From contig OZ240211.1 of assembly GCA_965197525.1 (NCBI GenBank), forward strand, positions 1,440,001 through 1,504,000: a stretch of 64,000 bases of DNA, given 5' to 3'. This DNA comes from Nitrosopumilus sp. Its GTDB lineage: Archaea; Thermoproteota; Nitrososphaeria; Nitrososphaerales; Nitrosopumilaceae. Under the pieces are notes generated by a model, which was given only the letters and a program-made list of their open reading frames with translations, did no database searches and was not told where the DNA came from. Below, piece after piece: positions 33,273 through 44,250 of the stretch (positions are counted from its first letter, which is position 1; each line of letters opens with the position of its first letter). Position numbers and translations under genes: made by a program.

Positions 33273-33734
33273 TTACATTGATGATGACTGCCATGCTTGA
33301 TTGAATTTTTTAATAGCCTCTTGGTATGCCTTAATTGAGTCATCACCTGACGTTGCAAGAAATCTCTCCCATTGTTTATTAAATTTCTTTATTGTTTCAA
33401 TGTTGGTCTCTCTGAAAATATTTTCAATCATTACTGTTTGTTGTTTGATATATTGAGGACCAATCTCTTCCCATGTATCTTCCCAGCTTGTACTGACTTT
33501 TTTTAACAACTCTGCATCCGTTTCTAATGCTCTTTGACATGCATCATGATAAGCCATCAAAGTCTCATTGGTGGCTTTTTGCAACTGTGCTAGGGATGTC
33601 TTCCACTCATTTAGTGACGAATTGTATTTTTTCCATATTTTTTCAAACTCTGCGTTTTTTGATGGCGTAGAACTAGTCCGTTTTTTTGGTTTAGATGATT
33701 TCTTTTTATTTGCAGCTTTTTTCTTTTCTACCAT
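33273..33734 (-). CDS. Trp-rich amphipathic helical protein with Lys-rich N-tail; probable paralog of 15515-15928
   Basis: W..Y...L..WK....Q.Q.A pattern shared with the 15515 ORF. Confidence 0.7.
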   Translation of the reverse strand: MVEKKKAANKKKSSKPKKRTSSTPSKNAEFEKIWKKYNSSLNEWKTSLAQLQKATNETLMAYHDACQRALETDAELLKKVSTSWEDTWEEIGPQYIKQQTVMIENIFRETNIETIKKFNKQWERFLATSGDDSIKAYQEAIKKFNQAWQSSSM

Positions 33735-34022
33735 AGATTTCCTTAGCAGTTCTATGTGTTAAATCTTTCAATTTTTTCTTAGTACTGTGAATGGGATTTA
33801 TTCTTTATTTGGTGTATTATTTTCCTTGACCATTTATCAAAAACATTTTTTTTGATATTGGAAACTTTCTTTTTTAATCTGAGTATTTAACCGTAAATGT
33901 TTATCATAATGGCAGCTCTTGATAACCAATACACGGGTTTTCTTATTATTGTTAGAATCAAAAGCAAGTTGTACTATGAGTGATATTCTTCTAAATTATC
34001 AAAAAATCTACCTTTATCATCA

Positions 34023-34169
34023 CATATAGCAATGCGCATAAGTTTCTGCACAGCCAATTTCTGGACATCGTTGTCCCTTGTTCATCACATCTTTGTGTAA
34101 ATCATCAGGTATTATGCCTATGATGGTCCTAAAATATCATGTACAGAAACTTATGCACGTTGCTATATG
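34023..34169. mobile_element. 147-bp MITE-like element with 30-bp inverted repeats
   Basis: CATATAGCAATGCGCATAAGTTTCTGCACA (34023-34052) versus 34140-34169, 27/30 complementary; TATAGC..GCTATA ends. Confidence 0.7.
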
Positions 34170-34187
34170 ACAAATTACAGTTGGTAT

Positions 34188-34366
34188 TTACAAAAATTCT
34201 GACGCTTTTGAAAAACTGGCGTGATGCTTTACGTCTTTATTTTTAAATATCTTGTAATGTTCTTTACACAAATTCCTCGTTTCCCTAAAACTGATCGTTA
34301 CAGTCTCTACGGCTTTTTGTTTACATTCTGAAATACTGCACTGCAATACTTTTTAATCCTGTACAT
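34188..34366 (-). pseudogene. Small Cys/His (zinc-binding-like) protein frameshifted by a 5-bp tandem duplication
   Basis: Removing one GCAGT of TATTGCAGTGCAGTATT restores a 57-aa ORF, MYRIKKYCSISECKQKAVETVTISFRETRNLCKEHYKIF..EFL*. Confidence 0.65.
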
Positions 34367-34757
34367 CTATTAATTAAACTTTAAAATTTCAGTTATACGG
34401 CGTTGTGACTGAATCTATAAACATTGTATCAAAATAATGGGGATATTTCCAAAATCTTAACTGTTATACAACGCCTATGATCATTGATGCCACATTCCCA
34501 TACCATCCTCGACTCTACGATCCCAACATAACTTGTAACGAACCAGTCTCTGAGGACTGGTACATGAGCATACATCAGAGATCATAATCATGTTGTATGA
34601 ATCTAAAATTTAGTAATCCTGAGACGATACACTTTGTTTGCAGTACTGTATTGTATGATTCTATTCATCTCAGATTGTTTTTGGTTTTTATCAATTTCAA
34701 TCACAAAATAATTGCCTTCTGCTAGCTTTTTATGATTGTTGATTATCCTCAAAAATT

Positions 34758-34961
34758 ATGAATGATGATGATGATGATGAGAAAGGTAAACGATTTCTCA
34801 AACTAATAGACGAGCAAAGTACCATTCAATGGAGTATAGTGATCAAACTGTCTTCTTTGATCAACTCTGACTGGAAGTCTGAACCATTACAAGATGAGCT
34901 CAAAGCACTTGTAGATGAACATACAACAATTACTAGAGAGATCAACAGTATTGATGATTAA
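34758..34961 (+). CDS. Small hypothetical protein
   Basis: 67-aa acidic helical ORF; (GAT)5 at the N-terminus. Confidence 0.65.
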   Translation: MNDDDDDEKGKRFLKLIDEQSTIQWSIVIKLSSLINSDWKSEPLQDELKALVDEHTTITREINSIDD

Positions 34962-34991
34962 CTATAATGACAATTAACTATAATTATTATC

Positions 34992-35921
34992 TTACAGCGC
35001 AGAGTCTACCATCAATGCAATAAATAGTACTGCCAAATACGGACTAGAAAATTTAAACAAAGTCCATGCGGCTCTCTCCATCGGCTTTACTATTACCCAT
35101 ACTGATAACCCAACCATTAACGCTCCTGAAGCAATTGCAGTCCACAGATACACTGTACCAATTATTGCTTCACCGCTCTGAGTTGTTATAAAGAAAGGCG
35201 CGATTGAAAATAATACCATTACAACCGTAGATACTGCAATAGCTCTAGCTGATGTCTTTTCTGACTGTACTGCAGTTAGCATTGGAACGTTCACTTTGTT
35301 GTAATCTTCTTTGAAATGCAACGTTAACGCCCAAATATGCATTGGGATCCAAATGAACACCAGTCCTGCCATGGCAAGACCCATAGTCCATAAATCTGAC
35401 ATACTAACTGCTACCCATCCTATCATCGGAGGCGAACCGCCGCATAATCCTCCCAAGATTATATTGGTTCTTGAATTTCTTTTTAGCATATACGAATAAA
35501 TGATAATATTATTGACAAGTCCAAATGCAATAAATGTAGTAGCCCACATACCTTGTTCTAGTGTTGTAGTAAATGATATACCAAATGCTAAAACTAGCGA
35601 TAACCCAGCTAACACTAATCCAAAATTTCTTGCCTTAGCTGCAGGATAAATTCTCTTTGATGGTAGAGGCCTACCTTTCGTTCTCTCCATTATGGCATCA
35701 ATATCTCTATCGTGATAATTAGTCAGAGTGTTTGCAGCTGCTGACCCGGCTGCAACTGAGAATAGCATCAAGGCCCATGTCCCAATGGAGATATCAATCC
35801 CGTAAATATTTGATGCAGTTAAAGCAGCACCAAATGCGGTAAAAACTAACAGGTACCAAATTTTTGGTTTTGTTAACTCGTAATATACTGCAACTCTAGA
35901 TTCCGATTTTTGTTTCTGCAA
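34992..35921 (-). CDS. cyoE: Protoheme IX farnesyltransferase (heme o synthase)
   Basis: LTKPKI, DRDIDAIMERTKGRPLPS, PPMIGWVA and HIWALTL..KEDY motifs. Confidence 0.95.
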   Translation of the reverse strand: MQKQKSESRVAVYYELTKPKIWYLLVFTAFGAALTASNIYGIDISIGTWALMLFSVAAGSAAANTLTNYHDRDIDAIMERTKGRPLPSKRIYPAAKARNFGLVLAGLSLVLAFGISFTTTLEQGMWATTFIAFGLVNNIIIYSYMLKRNSRTNIILGGLCGGSPPMIGWVAVSMSDLWTMGLAMAGLVFIWIPMHIWALTLHFKEDYNKVNVPMLTAVQSEKTSARAIAVSTVVMVLFSIAPFFITTQSGEAIIGTVYLWTAIASGALMVGLSVWVIVKPMERAAWTLFKFSSPYLAVLFIALMVDSAL

Positions 35922-35923
35922 TG

Positions 35924-36394
35924 TTATTCCTCATCATCCTTTGTTTGCATATATGGTATTGCTTTCATTCTTGTCTTCATCTCTATAAATGACTCTGAAG
36001 ATTGAATTCCTTCAATCCTGCCAATTCGTTCTGACACTATTTGATGCATCTGGTCTAAAGATCTTGAATACATAGTTACTAGTATGTCAAATCTGCCTGT
36101 AACTTCTGCAATCTCTCTAACACCATCAATCTTGAACAATTCGTCTATGATATGATCACGTTTTTTACTATCCATATTAATTCCCGTAAGTGCCTTGACA
36201 TTATATCCTAATGCCTGGTCATTTACTACTATTGTAAACCGCTCGATTAATTTTCTTTTAACCAGTCTCTTAATTCTTGAGTATACTACTGACGAGTTGA
36301 CATCGATTTTTTCTGATAGACGTGGAACTGAGATAGATGCATCATTTGAAAGCTCTGATAAAATTTGTAAATCTAGTTCATCTACCTTTGTCGT
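35924..36394 (-). CDS. Lrp/AsnC family transcriptional regulator (apparent ACG start)
   Basis: Frame is open to ACG at 36394 (TAA directly before): TTKVDELDLQILSELSNDASISVPRLSEKI..RIKRL HTH plus AsnC domain VTGRFDILV. The ORF track caught only the C-terminal 83 aa. Confidence 0.85.
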   Translation of the reverse strand, partial: TTKVDELDLQILSELSNDASISVPRLSEKIDVNSSVVYSRIKRLVKRKLIERFTIVVNDQALGYNVKALTGINMDSKKRDHIIDELFKIDGVREIAEVTGRFDILVTMYSRSLDQMHQIVSERIGRIEGIQSSESFIEMKTRMKAIPYMQTKDDEE

Positions 36395-36466
36395 TTAAAA
36401 CACCCAAGTCGATCTACATTTTTGGTTCTTATAAAGTTTTTATTGTAAAAATTTCACAAAAATAAT

Positions 36467-37543
36467 CTAAATCTTACCTTTTTTGTATAGCATCTCTGCT
36501 AGTAAGACTGCTCCTTTTGCAGAACCCATTTTTTTATTATGTGAAAATAGCATATATTTGAGACCGTTATCAAATAGCTCTTCTTTCTCTACTCTTCCAA
36601 TAGTCGTAGTCATACCGCCGCCAACTGTTCGTTCCATTCTTGGCTGAGGTCTTGTAGGATCTTCATGAAATGCATAGTATTTTTCAGGTGCTGATGGCAG
36701 TCCTGCTACGGAGATGTCATCATTGTACTGTTCATAGGTATCTTTTGCTTTCTGAGGGTCTATCTCTTTTGCTGTCTCAACGAAGACAGCTTCTGTATGC
36801 CCGTCTAATATTGGAACCCTAGTACATGTACAACTAACTACAACGTCTGCGTCACGTATCTTTCCATCTTGAAGCTTGCCCAAAATCTTCCTTGTCTCAA
36901 GTTTTACCTTGTCCTCTTCTTTTGGAATCCATGGAATGATATTATCTGTAATTCCCATCGCAGACACGCCTGATTTACCACCGCCGGATATTGCTTGCAT
37001 CGATGTCATCAGAACCTTTTTTGCTCCATATTTCTCCACTAGTGGCTTTAATGTAATTACTAACCCTGTTGTAGTACAGTTTGGTAAAGGTGCTACCCAT
37101 CCATTCCAGTTCCTGTTCTTCTTTTGAGTCTCAAGTAGCTCTATCTGTTCATCATTAATTCCAGGAATCAGTATTGGAACATCCTCTTCATATCTATAAG
37201 CTGAACTAGTTGATATTACCGGTAATTTTGCTGCCATCTTTGTCTCTATGTCTCTTGCAGCTACTGATTCTACTGCTGAAAATATCAAGTCTAGTTGAGA
37301 CGTATCTAACTCGTCAATTGATCGTACAGTCATCTCTTTGATATATTCTGGAATCTCACCCTCTACGTCCCATGCTATTATTCCATTTGGATTTTTTATT
37401 GCATCCATGTATCTCTTACCTGCTGAACGCTCGGATGCTGCAATTTGAGTTACTTCAAACCATGGATGGTTATCCAGTGATTGTACAAATTCTTGGCCTA
37501 CAGACCCTGTGACGCCAATTATTGCAACTCTTTTCTTACTCAT
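36467..37543 (-). CDS. asd: Aspartate-semialdehyde dehydrogenase (archaeal type)
   Basis: GVTGSVGQ, PNCTT, SMQAISGGG, RVPILDGH and SHNKKMGSAKG motifs. Confidence 0.95.
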   Translation of the reverse strand: MSKKRVAIIGVTGSVGQEFVQSLDNHPWFEVTQIAASERSAGKRYMDAIKNPNGIIAWDVEGEIPEYIKEMTVRSIDELDTSQLDLIFSAVESVAARDIETKMAAKLPVISTSSAYRYEEDVPILIPGINDEQIELLETQKKNRNWNGWVAPLPNCTTTGLVITLKPLVEKYGAKKVLMTSMQAISGGGKSGVSAMGITDNIIPWIPKEEDKVKLETRKILGKLQDGKIRDADVVVSCTCTRVPILDGHTEAVFVETAKEIDPQKAKDTYEQYNDDISVAGLPSAPEKYYAFHEDPTRPQPRMERTVGGGMTTTIGRVEKEELFDNGLKYMLFSHNKKMGSAKGAVLLAEMLYKKGKI

Positions 37544-37634
37544 ACATGCCGTTAATTATATGCAATTAATAATCGTTTTCTGTGATTCGTGTTTCATCAA
37601 AACATACTAAATTAGCTTTACACTGTTTGGAGCT

Positions 37635-38723
37635 ATGAGAATACAAACAAAATCCTCTATTTCTAGACATGAGCCGGTAGTACATGGTGCGCATATCCCA
37701 TTCAGAACTTCTACTAGTCAGATTCTTGATTTTAGCTCAAACATCAATCCTGCAGGTACGCCATTATCGGTAAAGAGAGCTCTGAAGAAAAATATTGATA
37801 CCATCGAAGACTATCCTGATACTAGTTCATCTACTGTACTCTCAAGCCTTCAAAAATATACTCGATTAAAACATTCAAATTTACTAGTTGGAAACGGCGC
37901 CATTGAAATTATTTACAATTTCTGCTTTGCATTTTTATCCTCACGAACCAAAGTTTTGATTCCTGCTCCTACATTTCAAGAGTATGAGACTGCTGCAAAA
38001 CTAAACGATTGCAAAATTTCATATTTTAAAACCATGAACCTGTCTGAAGATCTTGACTCTCTTATCTTACAAATTCCAAGAAACGGATGCGTGTTTCTTT
38101 GCAATCCTAACAATCCTACGGGAGGACTCTTGTCAAGAGATGATGTACTCTCAATAGTAAATGCTGCAAAAGAATTATCTACACTTGTATTTGTAGATGA
38201 GTGTTTTATTGAACTAGTCCCCAAATCTAACGAATCCGTAATATCTAATGTAACAAAATATGACAACCTTCTAGTTCTACGTTCATTAACAAAAGCATTT
38301 GCATTGCCCGGAATAAGAATCGGATATGCCGCTGCCTCAAAAACTATTATTGAAATTTTACAAAAGATAAAAATTCCATGGAGTGTAAACGTTCTGGCTC
38401 AATACGCTGCAAACACTGCACTTGCAACTGATTCATATCTTGTTAAATCAAACTCTATAATTAAAAGAGAGTCAAACTATCTAAAGGCACAACTATGTAA
38501 GCTAGATGGACTTTACTGTTATGATTCATCTACAAATTTTATTCTAGTAAAAACAAAATACAACTCTACAAAATTACAAAAGAGGCTGCTGCTTGATAGC
38601 AATATCTTGGTTCGAGACTGTAAAAATTTTAGAGGATTAAGCGATCACTATATTCGCATTGCAGTTAAATCTCGCAAAGATAACCTAAAGCTTGTGCATG
38701 CATTGGAGAGTATTATTACATGA
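37635..38723 (+). CDS. cobD: L-threonine-O-3-phosphate decarboxylase (CobD-type, class I/II PLP enzyme)
   Basis: HGA..LDFSSNINP, CNPNNPTG, VDECFIE and RSLTKAFALPGIRIGY; first gene of the cobalamin operon. Confidence 0.85.
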   Translation: MRIQTKSSISRHEPVVHGAHIPFRTSTSQILDFSSNINPAGTPLSVKRALKKNIDTIEDYPDTSSSTVLSSLQKYTRLKHSNLLVGNGAIEIIYNFCFAFLSSRTKVLIPAPTFQEYETAAKLNDCKISYFKTMNLSEDLDSLILQIPRNGCVFLCNPNNPTGGLLSRDDVLSIVNAAKELSTLVFVDECFIELVPKSNESVISNVTKYDNLLVLRSLTKAFALPGIRIGYAAASKTIIEILQKIKIPWSVNVLAQYAANTALATDSYLVKSNSIIKRESNYLKAQLCKLDGLYCYDSSTNFILVKTKYNSTKLQKRLLLDSNILVRDCKNFRGLSDHYIRIAVKSRKDNLKLVHALESIIT

Positions 38724-39559
38724 AATCCCTTATGGTTCAAGGAACATCCTCAGGAGCCGGAAAAACTACCATAGTAGCAGCGCTGTGTCGAATTTTCTCT
38801 GATATGGGATATCGTGTCGCACCATTCAAATCTCAAAATATGTCAAATTTCGCATACGCCACATCAGAGTTTGAAATATCCCGTGCGCAAGCTATCCAAG
38901 CAATTGGTGCGCGATGTACCATCACTCCAGATCTGAACCCCATCCTGCTAAAGCCAATAGGTGACTACAATAGTATTGTGTATCTTAACGGACGGCGTTA
39001 CAAAATCATGCATGCCAAACACTATTACGAAAAATTTGTAAATTCACAAGGGCTACAAATTGCAACAAACTCTTTAAAAAATTTACAAAGTAATTTTGAT
39101 CTTGTAATCTTAGAGGGCGCAGGTTCTCCTGCAGAAATTAATCTACAGCGATTTGATATTGCAAACATGCGGATTGCTAAGAAAGCAGATGCACAAGTAT
39201 TACTGGTATCTGATATTGACAGAGGAGGTTCTTTTGCAAGTCTTGTTGGAACCATGGCATTAATTCAAAACAGACATCAAAAACTTGTAAAAGGTTTTCT
39301 AATTAACAAATTTAGAGGTGATATTGACGTGCTAAAACCGGGATTTCGGAGACTCAGAAATATTACAAAGATTCCTGTTATGGGCACTATTCCTTTTATG
39401 AGGGTAAATCTGCCTGAAGAAGACTCGCTTAATGCTACACCTAGAGACATAGTTTGGAACAGATCAAATATCTTAAAAATCGATAAAGAGTTGGACAGAT
39501 TGGCCCAAACTGTCAAATTAAATATCGATATAAAATCAATAGAGCGACTATTACTATGA
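38720..39559 (+). CDS. cobQ: Cobyric acid synthase, short form lacking the glutamine amidotransferase domain
   Basis: VQGTSSGAGKT, PFKSQNMS, EGAGSPAEINL, DIDRGG and INKFRGD motifs; only 279 aa. Confidence 0.9.
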   Translation: MKSLMVQGTSSGAGKTTIVAALCRIFSDMGYRVAPFKSQNMSNFAYATSEFEISRAQAIQAIGARCTITPDLNPILLKPIGDYNSIVYLNGRRYKIMHAKHYYEKFVNSQGLQIATNSLKNLQSNFDLVILEGAGSPAEINLQRFDIANMRIAKKADAQVLLVSDIDRGGSFASLVGTMALIQNRHQKLVKGFLINKFRGDIDVLKPGFRRLRNITKIPVMGTIPFMRVNLPEEDSLNATPRDIVWNRSNILKIDKELDRLAQTVKLNIDIKSIERLLL

Positions 39560-40545
39560 TTCTAGAATCTTTACTCCTTGTTGCAGGTCTTGCAGTTGTT
39601 TTGGATATTGTATTTGGAGATCCAAAAAACAGGTATCATCTGACTGCTTGGATTGGAACCTTGATTGCAAAATTAACGCCCATTGCAAAGAATCAACAGC
39701 GTCCTACGATGGAAAAACTTGGAGGAGTCTTTATTGTTCTAATTCCTGTGTGTGTGGTAGTTTTATCGCTTTTAGCTCTTGATGTTGCTTTATCCATGCT
39801 TGCCATTAATCATACCTTGTTGCTAATTGTCTCTGTCGTAGTTGGCGGATTATTACTGAAAACGACTATCGCCATCTCTGGCATGGAACGACATGCTAAA
39901 ATGATACTAGAATCGCTTGATGGCGAATCACTTGATGTGGCAAGAACAAAACTATCAATGATAGTAAAGCGGGATACAAAAAATTTAGACCGAAACCACA
40001 TCATCTCAGGCACGTTAGAGAGTATTAGTGAGAATACGGTTGATGGTATTACCGGACCACTATTCTATTATGCTTTATTTGGATTACCAGGTGCGTTTGT
40101 CTATCGGATAGTTAACACTGCTGACTCCATGATTGGATACAAGACTAGTATCTTTAAAAACATCGGATGGTTTGCGGCAACCGCTGACAGTATTTTAAAT
40201 TATATTCCATCCAGACTTACCGGATTAACAATGGTAGTTGCTGCTGTAATTTTGCGAAATAATTGGCGTCAATCATTCAAAGTAATGCAAAGAGATGCTA
40301 AAAAAACATCTAGTCTGAATGCAGGTTATCCAATGGCCGCACTAGCAGGCGCTCTTGAGACAAAATTTGAAAAGATAGATCACTATCAGCTAGGTGACTG
40401 CGATGATGATAATACCGAACTGACTAAACAACATGTGTATTCTGCCATTATGATGATGAAACTTACCACACTACTATTCTTTGGAATGGTAGTTGTTCCG
40501 ATAATCTCTATTATGTCGTTTGCTGGGTGGTGGATTTTTGCTTAG
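39556..40545 (+). CDS. cbiB: Adenosylcobinamide-phosphate synthase
   Basis: ESISENTVDG, YRIVNTADSMIGYK and SLNAGYPMAALAGAL motifs. Confidence 0.92.
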   Translation: MILESLLLVAGLAVVLDIVFGDPKNRYHLTAWIGTLIAKLTPIAKNQQRPTMEKLGGVFIVLIPVCVVVLSLLALDVALSMLAINHTLLLIVSVVVGGLLLKTTIAISGMERHAKMILESLDGESLDVARTKLSMIVKRDTKNLDRNHIISGTLESISENTVDGITGPLFYYALFGLPGAFVYRIVNTADSMIGYKTSIFKNIGWFAATADSILNYIPSRLTGLTMVVAAVILRNNWRQSFKVMQRDAKKTSSLNAGYPMAALAGALETKFEKIDHYQLGDCDDDNTELTKQHVYSAIMMMKLTTLLFFGMVVVPIISIMSFAGWWIFA

Positions 40546-41272
40546 AGAGATCGGTGGCATATTCTCTTTTTTGACGATATTCCCATCACCATCATCGTCT
40601 AATGTCACATTGGAAAATACTGCCAAGTACATGTTTATCTTTCCGGTAGTCGGAATTGTAATAGGGTTACTTGTAGGCTCTCTTGGTTTTGGCTTGTCTT
40701 TGTTTTTAGATCCACTGTTGGTTGCTTTGTTGGTTGCATCAACGATTGCAATCGTTACTGGCATACACCATGCAGATGGATTAGCTGATTTTGCAGACGG
40801 CCTGATGGTCAAAGGTAGTAAAAACAGAAAGATAACTGCCATGAAAGATGTTGCAACCGGCTCTGCCGGTGTCGTTGCAACTGTATTATATCTTGTAGGT
40901 CTGGTAATTACCCTGTCACTTACCACCGGATTTGATCTACTGCAAGCCATTCTGATCAGCGAGATTCTGGCAAAATTCTCAATGGTATTGATGGCGAGTT
41001 TAGGCAGATCAGCCTCACCAGGCTCGAACTCTGCTTTTGTTATGTTTATGAAAGACAGGAGAAAACTTGCAGCGGCATTTATCATTATGATAATTCCTGT
41101 AGCTATTATCGGTGAGACTACCGGATTGCTGATGCTTGGTGTGGCTATAACCATTACCCTGTTCCTCTTGGTTCTATCTACTCGTAGTTTTGGTGGGATA
41201 ACAGGCGATGTACTAGGTGCTACAAACGAACTTGTACGACTGGCGTCTTTGATGGTGTTTGTTTCGATATGA
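40538..41272 (+). CDS. cobS: Adenosylcobinamide-GDP ribazoletransferase (cobalamin synthase)
   Basis: TGIHHADGLADFADG, MKD..G and FGGITGDVLGA motifs; TTG 40538 is the likely start. Confidence 0.92.
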   Translation: MLREIGGIFSFLTIFPSPSSSNVTLENTAKYMFIFPVVGIVIGLLVGSLGFGLSLFLDPLLVALLVASTIAIVTGIHHADGLADFADGLMVKGSKNRKITAMKDVATGSAGVVATVLYLVGLVITLSLTTGFDLLQAILISEILAKFSMVLMASLGRSASPGSNSAFVMFMKDRRKLAAAFIIMIIPVAIIGETTGLLMLGVAITITLFLLVLSTRSFGGITGDVLGATNELVRLASLMVFVSI

Positions 41273-41856
41273 TCGGTCTTGTTATGGCAGGTGGTAAGGG
41301 TACTAGAATGCATCTACCTTGCGAAAAATTACTGCTCCGATACAAAAAACCAGTGATTCTCCACGTGGTTGACTCTTTACATGATTCTGACTGTTTTTCA
41401 AACATACTTGCAGTCACCAGCCACAACTCTCCTCAAACAAAAAAATTACTAGAAGAGAATAATATTGAGACCCTCAATACTCCTGGAACTAGTTATACAC
41501 TAGATTTGAATTTCGTTCTTAGAAATTTATCTGACAGTATCTTTGTTGTCTCAGGTGATCTACCATTACTTGACGAAGAGATAATTCAAACGATAGTAAA
41601 ACAATACAACCCCCAAAAGATTTGGACGAGCATTCTTGTTACTAGTAAATTTTTAGCTTCATTGGGATTACAATCTGATTACTCTGTGGATTTTACACAA
41701 CATAGATGCCACTATACTGGAATTTCTTTAATAAATTCACACAAAATTACAGATTTGCAAGATGTACATGAAGATTATGTTATTATTAATGATAAACGAG
41801 TTGCATTTAATCTAAATTCAAAACAGGATTATGATAATTTACTCAACTGTCCCTAA
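41269..41856 (+). CDS. cobY: Adenosylcobinamide-phosphate guanylyltransferase (CobY-like NTP transferase)
   Basis: MAGGKGTRM..EKLL, GDLPLL and NLNSKQD motifs; last gene of the cob operon. Confidence 0.85.
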   Translation: MIGLVMAGGKGTRMHLPCEKLLLRYKKPVILHVVDSLHDSDCFSNILAVTSHNSPQTKKLLEENNIETLNTPGTSYTLDLNFVLRNLSDSIFVVSGDLPLLDEEIIQTIVKQYNPQKIWTSILVTSKFLASLGLQSDYSVDFTQHRCHYTGISLINSHKITDLQDVHEDYVIINDKRVAFNLNSKQDYDNLLNCP

Positions 41857-42036
41857 CACAGCACCATTCAGTACAGATTTTGAACCTGTTGGTGATGCAA
41901 TCACATTTCCACAAGAGTTGCATGCAACACTAGTAGATGCATGAGAATAAACTACCTGCTGCTCGCCACACTCATTACAGTTAACTTTTTGAAATCTACT
42001 TGATGGTTTTGGAATTTCGATGTGATCCTTTTTCAT
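41839..42036 (-). CDS. rps27e: 30S ribosomal protein S27e
   Basis: PSSRFQKVNCNECGEQQVVYSH..CNSCG..PTG. Confidence 0.95.
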   Translation of the reverse strand: MKKDHIEIPKPSSRFQKVNCNECGEQQVVYSHASTSVACNSCGNVIASPTGSKSVLNGAVLGTVE

Positions 42037-42314
42037 ACTGCCACCAACTCAAATTTCTTAATTCTTATACCTGGTTTGTTGTATTTCTTTTTACATACAG
42101 TACATGTCATAATAGGAGTAACTTTCTTTGTAACTTTGGCCGGTTTTGCTAGTTTTGGGAATTTCTGTCCGCCGTACCCTCGTTTGCGCTCTGCATGCCT
42201 ACGTTCACCTCTTGCAGATCCGCGTCTTTTTCCAGCCTTGTAAATGGAGACCTTTTGTTCTGTGTGCGTCTTACATTTTGCACAGTATTTTCTGATCACC
42301 TTTGGAATGTTCAT
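42033..42314 (-). CDS. rpl44e: 50S ribosomal protein L44e
   Basis: YCAKCKTHT, GYGGQKFP, KVTKK and CTVC motifs. Confidence 0.95.
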   Translation of the reverse strand: MNIPKVIRKYCAKCKTHTEQKVSIYKAGKRRGSARGERRHAERKRGYGGQKFPKLAKPAKVTKKVTPIMTCTVCKKKYNKPGIRIKKFELVAV

Positions 42315-42383
42315 ATCAACAAACCTGTCAAACCCGTAATTTAAGCATTGAATCTATAATAAGTCCAAACTCTAACCAAATTC

Positions 42384-44195
<1,812 letters not shown>

Positions 44196-44250
44196 TCACT
44201 CGACTAAGTAATCTTAAAAAGGGGGGTTTGGCGGATTGAATCTGATCTAA

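Noticed and set aside
34399-34475. GGCGTTGT..ACAACGCC inverted pair, the same 8-mer as at 29930
   Set aside because: Only 8 bp and no TSD; could be a mini-IS5 but chance cannot be excluded.
33770-34750. Replication origin in the long AT-rich gap
   Set aside because: No ORB-like repeats or adjacent cdc6/orc1; the gap is partly explained by a MITE and a pseudogene.
36195-36398. 67-aa plus-strand ORF
   Set aside because: Antisense shadow of the Lrp HTH region.
40474-41313. 279-aa minus-strand ORF
   Set aside because: Fully antisense to cobS, which has clear motifs.
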